Of a DNA stretch of 64,000 nucleotides, positions 60,771 through 64,000 are shown piece after piece. This DNA comes from Anthoceros angustus (taxonomy: Eukaryota; Plantae; Anthocerotophyta). The position numbers and the translations under genes are program-made. The stretch is taken from positions 1,759,595 through 1,823,594 of the forward strand of contig VJWM01000063.1 in NCBI GenBank assembly GCA_010909165.1, given 5' to 3'. A model generated the notes under the pieces. It saw nothing but the letters and a program-made list of their open reading frames with translations, was not told where the DNA came from and searched no databases. The number at the start of each line of letters is the position of its first letter. The stretch's first letter is position 1.

Positions 60771-61540
60771 GCTACTTGCAATCTCCTTGCAATTTCCGCT
60801 ATTTTGGGATCCTCTGCTCTTCTTGTGCGGACCTTGAACTCGAAATGCTTAAGAGTACGTGATCGTGGGTTGTCTGGTGACGAGATATCTGAGGGGTTAT
60901 TGCGAGCTCGGGGTGCACATTCGAGGCGGAGCTCATCATTTCCTCTATGATCGTGGTTGACCTGTGGCAAGGCCGTTTCTGGTCGATGGCTCTCTTGTCC
61001 CGAGGTTGGCCTTTGAAGCACTTGAGCAAGCATGTCTCTCAGTGCTTGTTCTCGTTCTGCATTTTGTGCAAGCAACTCTGCGACTAACCTCTCATGCTGC
61101 ATTTTTTGTTCCTCCAATGTGCGTTGCAGGATTTGTTGAGCTTCGGCTTCTATGCGGGTTCGGAATTCTACTGCAACATGATCTCCCGTATGTTCTCGAT
61201 CCAGACGCCGTCCCTCATGACCAGCTTCAGCGGCAAGCTCCTCTAACTCGGGTGTCAGCTCGTGTGTGTCCGTGATAGGTTCGTCCCTCTGTGCATTGAA
61301 ACTCCTGCCCCTGCCCCTTCGCACTCCTGTTGCCTGCTTGTGTGCAGGTGATTCGGCTTTCCTCGGTCGTCCTGGTTTCTTTCTGACTCCACCCTTTGCA
61401 GCTAGGCTCCCTCGTGTCTTCACGCCCCGACTACGGGCTCTGGGCTCAGTAATTGGAGCTGGATCAGCAGCCGTTTCTTCCACTTCTGCCATGGATCTAG
61501 TCCGCCTACGCAGTCTTGATGAGATAGTATCATTGTCCAT
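60752..61540 (-). CDS. N-terminal Gag region of the Ty3 element, with an AT-hook-like motif and a coiled coil
   Basis: 262-aa ORF downstream of the PBS and 5' UTR. Contains KKPGRPRK and EAQQILQRTLEEQKMQHERLVAELLAQ. Confidence 0.6.
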   Translation of the reverse strand: MDNDTISSRLRRRTRSMAEVEETAADPAPITEPRARSRGVKTRGSLAAKGGVRKKPGRPRKAESPAHKQATGVRRGRGRSFNAQRDEPITDTHELTPELEELAAEAGHEGRRLDREHTGDHVAVEFRTRIEAEAQQILQRTLEEQKMQHERLVAELLAQNAEREQALRDMLAQVLQRPTSGQESHRPETALPQVNHDHRGNDELRLECAPRARNNPSDISSPDNPRSRTLKHFEFKVRTRRAEDPKIAEIARRLQVARHFDT

Positions 61541-62214
61541 GTTTTTTGGCAGCTTGGAAATTCGGAACTCGTCGACTTTGTTCCCTCTCGGCTAACCGCA
61601 ATGTTTGTCTTTGGCACAACACGTGATTCCCAGTCCACTTGCACGGGCACGGTGGGTGTTCACGCTCGCTATTCCAGTTGACTAGCCGTGCAAGCGCACA
61701 TGCCGATCACTTGATGCAAGTGACTAGCCTTGCTTAGTATGAAAACTCATCGCGTTCCTCGCAAGCCTTTTTCGTGTGTACGCAGGATCCGCCGAGGAAT
61801 GGTCGATCTCTTGAAATTAGTCGGCGGATTAGAACAAAGCGGTGTGGATTGAATCGGATCCTTTTGGTGAGTCTTGCGGGATGGCTCTGAGAATCCGCTT
61901 GAGGCTCAAGCTCAATAAATCAGCTGATTCGGCTTCGACTTCTGCGGCTCTAGGAAGCCCGATGCCGGCTATCGCTTATGGCGGCGTCGCTCATGCCTTT
62001 TTGTTGTGAGAGCTAGCAACACGGAACCTTGATAATCAAGCAACGTCGATGATTCTTTACGATGATTCACTCCCTCCACAATCAGTCCAAGATCCGTTGA
62101 CCAGGCAGATGCGATGAGAACGTTCTTCACGGCGTGAGCACACTTCTCACTTCGTTCGAGATTGCTGAATCTCGCAACTATGCACCAAGAAACAAGAACA
62201 CGAAGCGTCGAACG

Positions 62215-62575
62215 CTCTTGCATTTCTTGGGTCCAAGACCTCCATCAAGGTGACAAGAGCTGAAGCATCAAAATGCCTCTTGCATCGTCTTGGGTCCAAG
62301 ACCACCTCACGCAAGGTGACAAGAGCTGAAGCATCAAAATGCCTCTTGCATCGTCTTGGGTCCAAGACCTCACGATTTAGGTGACAAGAGCTGAAACATC
62401 AAAATGCCTCTTGCATTCTTGGGTCCAAGACCTCACGATCGCAAGGTGACAAGAGCATCAAAATGCCTCTTGCATCGTCTTGGGTCCAAGACCTCCACAC
62501 GCAGGTGATAAGAGCCAAGCATCAAAATGCCTCTTGCATCGTCTTGGGTCCAAGACTCACGCAAGGTGACAAGTC
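62215..62575. repeat. ~63-bp tandem array (6 copies) in the retrotransposon leader
   Basis: Same unit as 60510-60770, with a 61-67 bp period. Confidence 0.88.
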
Positions 62576-62907
62576 TCCTTGAGCTCAAATCCTCGCCTTG
62601 GCGCGCGCTTTCTCATCCTTCTCTACAAGCGCCTAGCACACATTTTGCACCATGATGGAGGCGTTTGCCACCGGCAGCGGCTCGTTGGCTCTACATTCTT
62701 GATCCTTCTTGCTCCACTAAAAGCTTTCTTCTTGCCTTCTTTTCCTTGCACCTTCCCTCCCCATCTTCCCGAATGACCACGCGCTCCGCCCAGTGATCGC
62801 CCCCCCTGACCCCGTCCGTCATGAGCCTTTGTACCAGCAAGCACAAATCCAATCAAAGATCCGCGGTTTGTTGAGCTGTCTCCGCCTGATCGACGGCCTG
62901 ATACCGA

Positions 62908-63264
62908 TGTAAGCAAGATGGGCAGACATCTCACGAGCTTGGGGTCCAACCACTAGAAGTGAAGAAGCCACCAGGCGTGAATCGAGAGTCTGATTATGGG
63001 AGCACTGCTTGTATTTCGCCCCGTCGTTCCACTTTACACTAAGACCCTTAACCATCGGATGGGTTAGTGACTGAATCGGGTTAGCTTAATCCCCGCCTAA
63101 CCTCAGTTCTAACCTTGTTTCGGTCTAGCTTCAGCGGCTATGTCCTAGGCATGCCACACGTGCCTCCATACCGTGGTCAGATGCCGCATCATCTTGATTA
63201 CCGTGTCCACCCTTCTCCTGAGCTTCTTCACTGCTGGCTCACGCCGAATGGCCGATGGGTGACA
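62908..63264 (-). repeat. 5' LTR (~357 bp), followed by a PBS-like TCGGTATCAGGCC (62907-62895) resembling the tRNA-iMet PBS TGGTATCAGAGC
   Basis: On the minus strand it starts TGTCA and ends TTACA. Homologous to 54552-54904. Confidence 0.85.
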
Positions 63265-64000
63265 GCCACATGGAGTAAGGAGCGTGAGGAGCCCGCCACA
63301 AGCAATTGAGGTCACCAACGTAAGGAAGAGGTAGCCACCTGAGGAAAATGATGCATCGCATGTCGCCGAAGAAGCAACGCCAGTTGCATTATGCATGGCG
63401 CAAGGGATACCGAGGCATGGAAGAGAGATGCCGCGAGAATGTCACTTGTTTCGCTTGAGTGAGGTGACGCTGAGAGGGATGCGCTATGGTAAGATAGCCT
63501 CGGAGAGTGGCCTCGAGGAATTTGATGAGATTTGTTTGAAGGGCTGGAGATGCGTGTCCACTTACATGCTAGGGTCAACAAGTTCGCCAAGGAGATGCCT
63601 CCTGACAAGGGCGGAGGAAGCGGCGCCCACTGGCGGGCAGCCGGCCGCCGGGCATGGAACATGTGGGGCTCGGCATGCCGATCGTTGTCGATAAAGCCAT
63701 GCGGCGCCGCTGGTGCGAGCGGCCAGCGTGCAGGCGCCGGCATCGGCGCATAAGCGCTGTCGCGCCACGCGACAGTGTAGGGGCGGCCCGTCTGCGTGCG
63801 GGTAGGCGCGGCCCACCGTGATTAAAGCCGGGCCTGCACCGTCGACGGTGCGAGGCGTCGGCCAGACCGGCCCCGCGGCAATGGCGTCGGCGGGCACCTC
63901 GGCGCAGTAGCGCGATCCTCCTGGCGCCCGGTAGATGGGGCATCGCACTGGTATGGGGTATGGGTTGGGGCCCTCATCCGGCGCCCCCTAGTTGGGCGGC

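Larger units (their letters stand above)
59195..62575. repeat. Tandem duplication (~1.57 kb) of the Ty3 5' UTR and gag N-terminus
   Basis: 59195-60763 is colinear with 60764 onward. ATGCCT(CT) is shared at the junctions. Confidence 0.85.
54552..63264 (-). mobile_element. Ty3/gypsy chromovirus LTR retrotransposon, heavily frameshifted
   Basis: Minus-strand order gag (WRAWWD...SWDVMKSKL), protease (FLIDGGSTHDY), RT (VDDI), RNase H (YTTHDKELLAMVYALK), integrase (FHVSLLK) and a chromodomain-like end (RGRSIKEY..W...W). Two LTRs, PBS and PPT are present. Confidence 0.9.

Overview
Nuclear DNA of a land plant. Compact genes with short introns, a DUO1 orthologue and CRE/Penelope retroelements suggest a non-seed plant such as a bryophyte or lycophyte (inference). 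Two clean gene blocks (about 11-22.6 kb and 32.9-50 kb) lie between repeat and transposon blocks. Genes: a disrupted dirigent gene; the sperm-lineage R2R3-MYB DUO1, which carries a miR159/319-type site; an unknown coiled-coil gene divergent from DUO1; an RGLG copine-RING E3 ligase; tRNA-Thr(UGU); two convergent intronless phytolongin paralogues, one keeping half a VAMP7 R-SNARE motif; a plastid-type AhpC/TSA (PRXL2A-like) CxxC protein; an unknown gene ending in a PIP-box-like motif; and a very large spliced IQ-motif protein. Mobile DNA: a CRE-clade RT+RLE retrotransposon inserted with a 12-bp TSD into a Penelope-like RT (removing it restores the PLE reading frame), a LINE ORF1 remnant, and a Ty3/gypsy chromovirus with both LTRs. 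Five tandem duplications of 0.5-1.9 kb all have 7-9 bp junction microhomology, and their copies differ mainly by small indels. They are either real microhomology-mediated duplications or long-read assembly artefacts. Exon boundaries were read by eye and no database searches were run.
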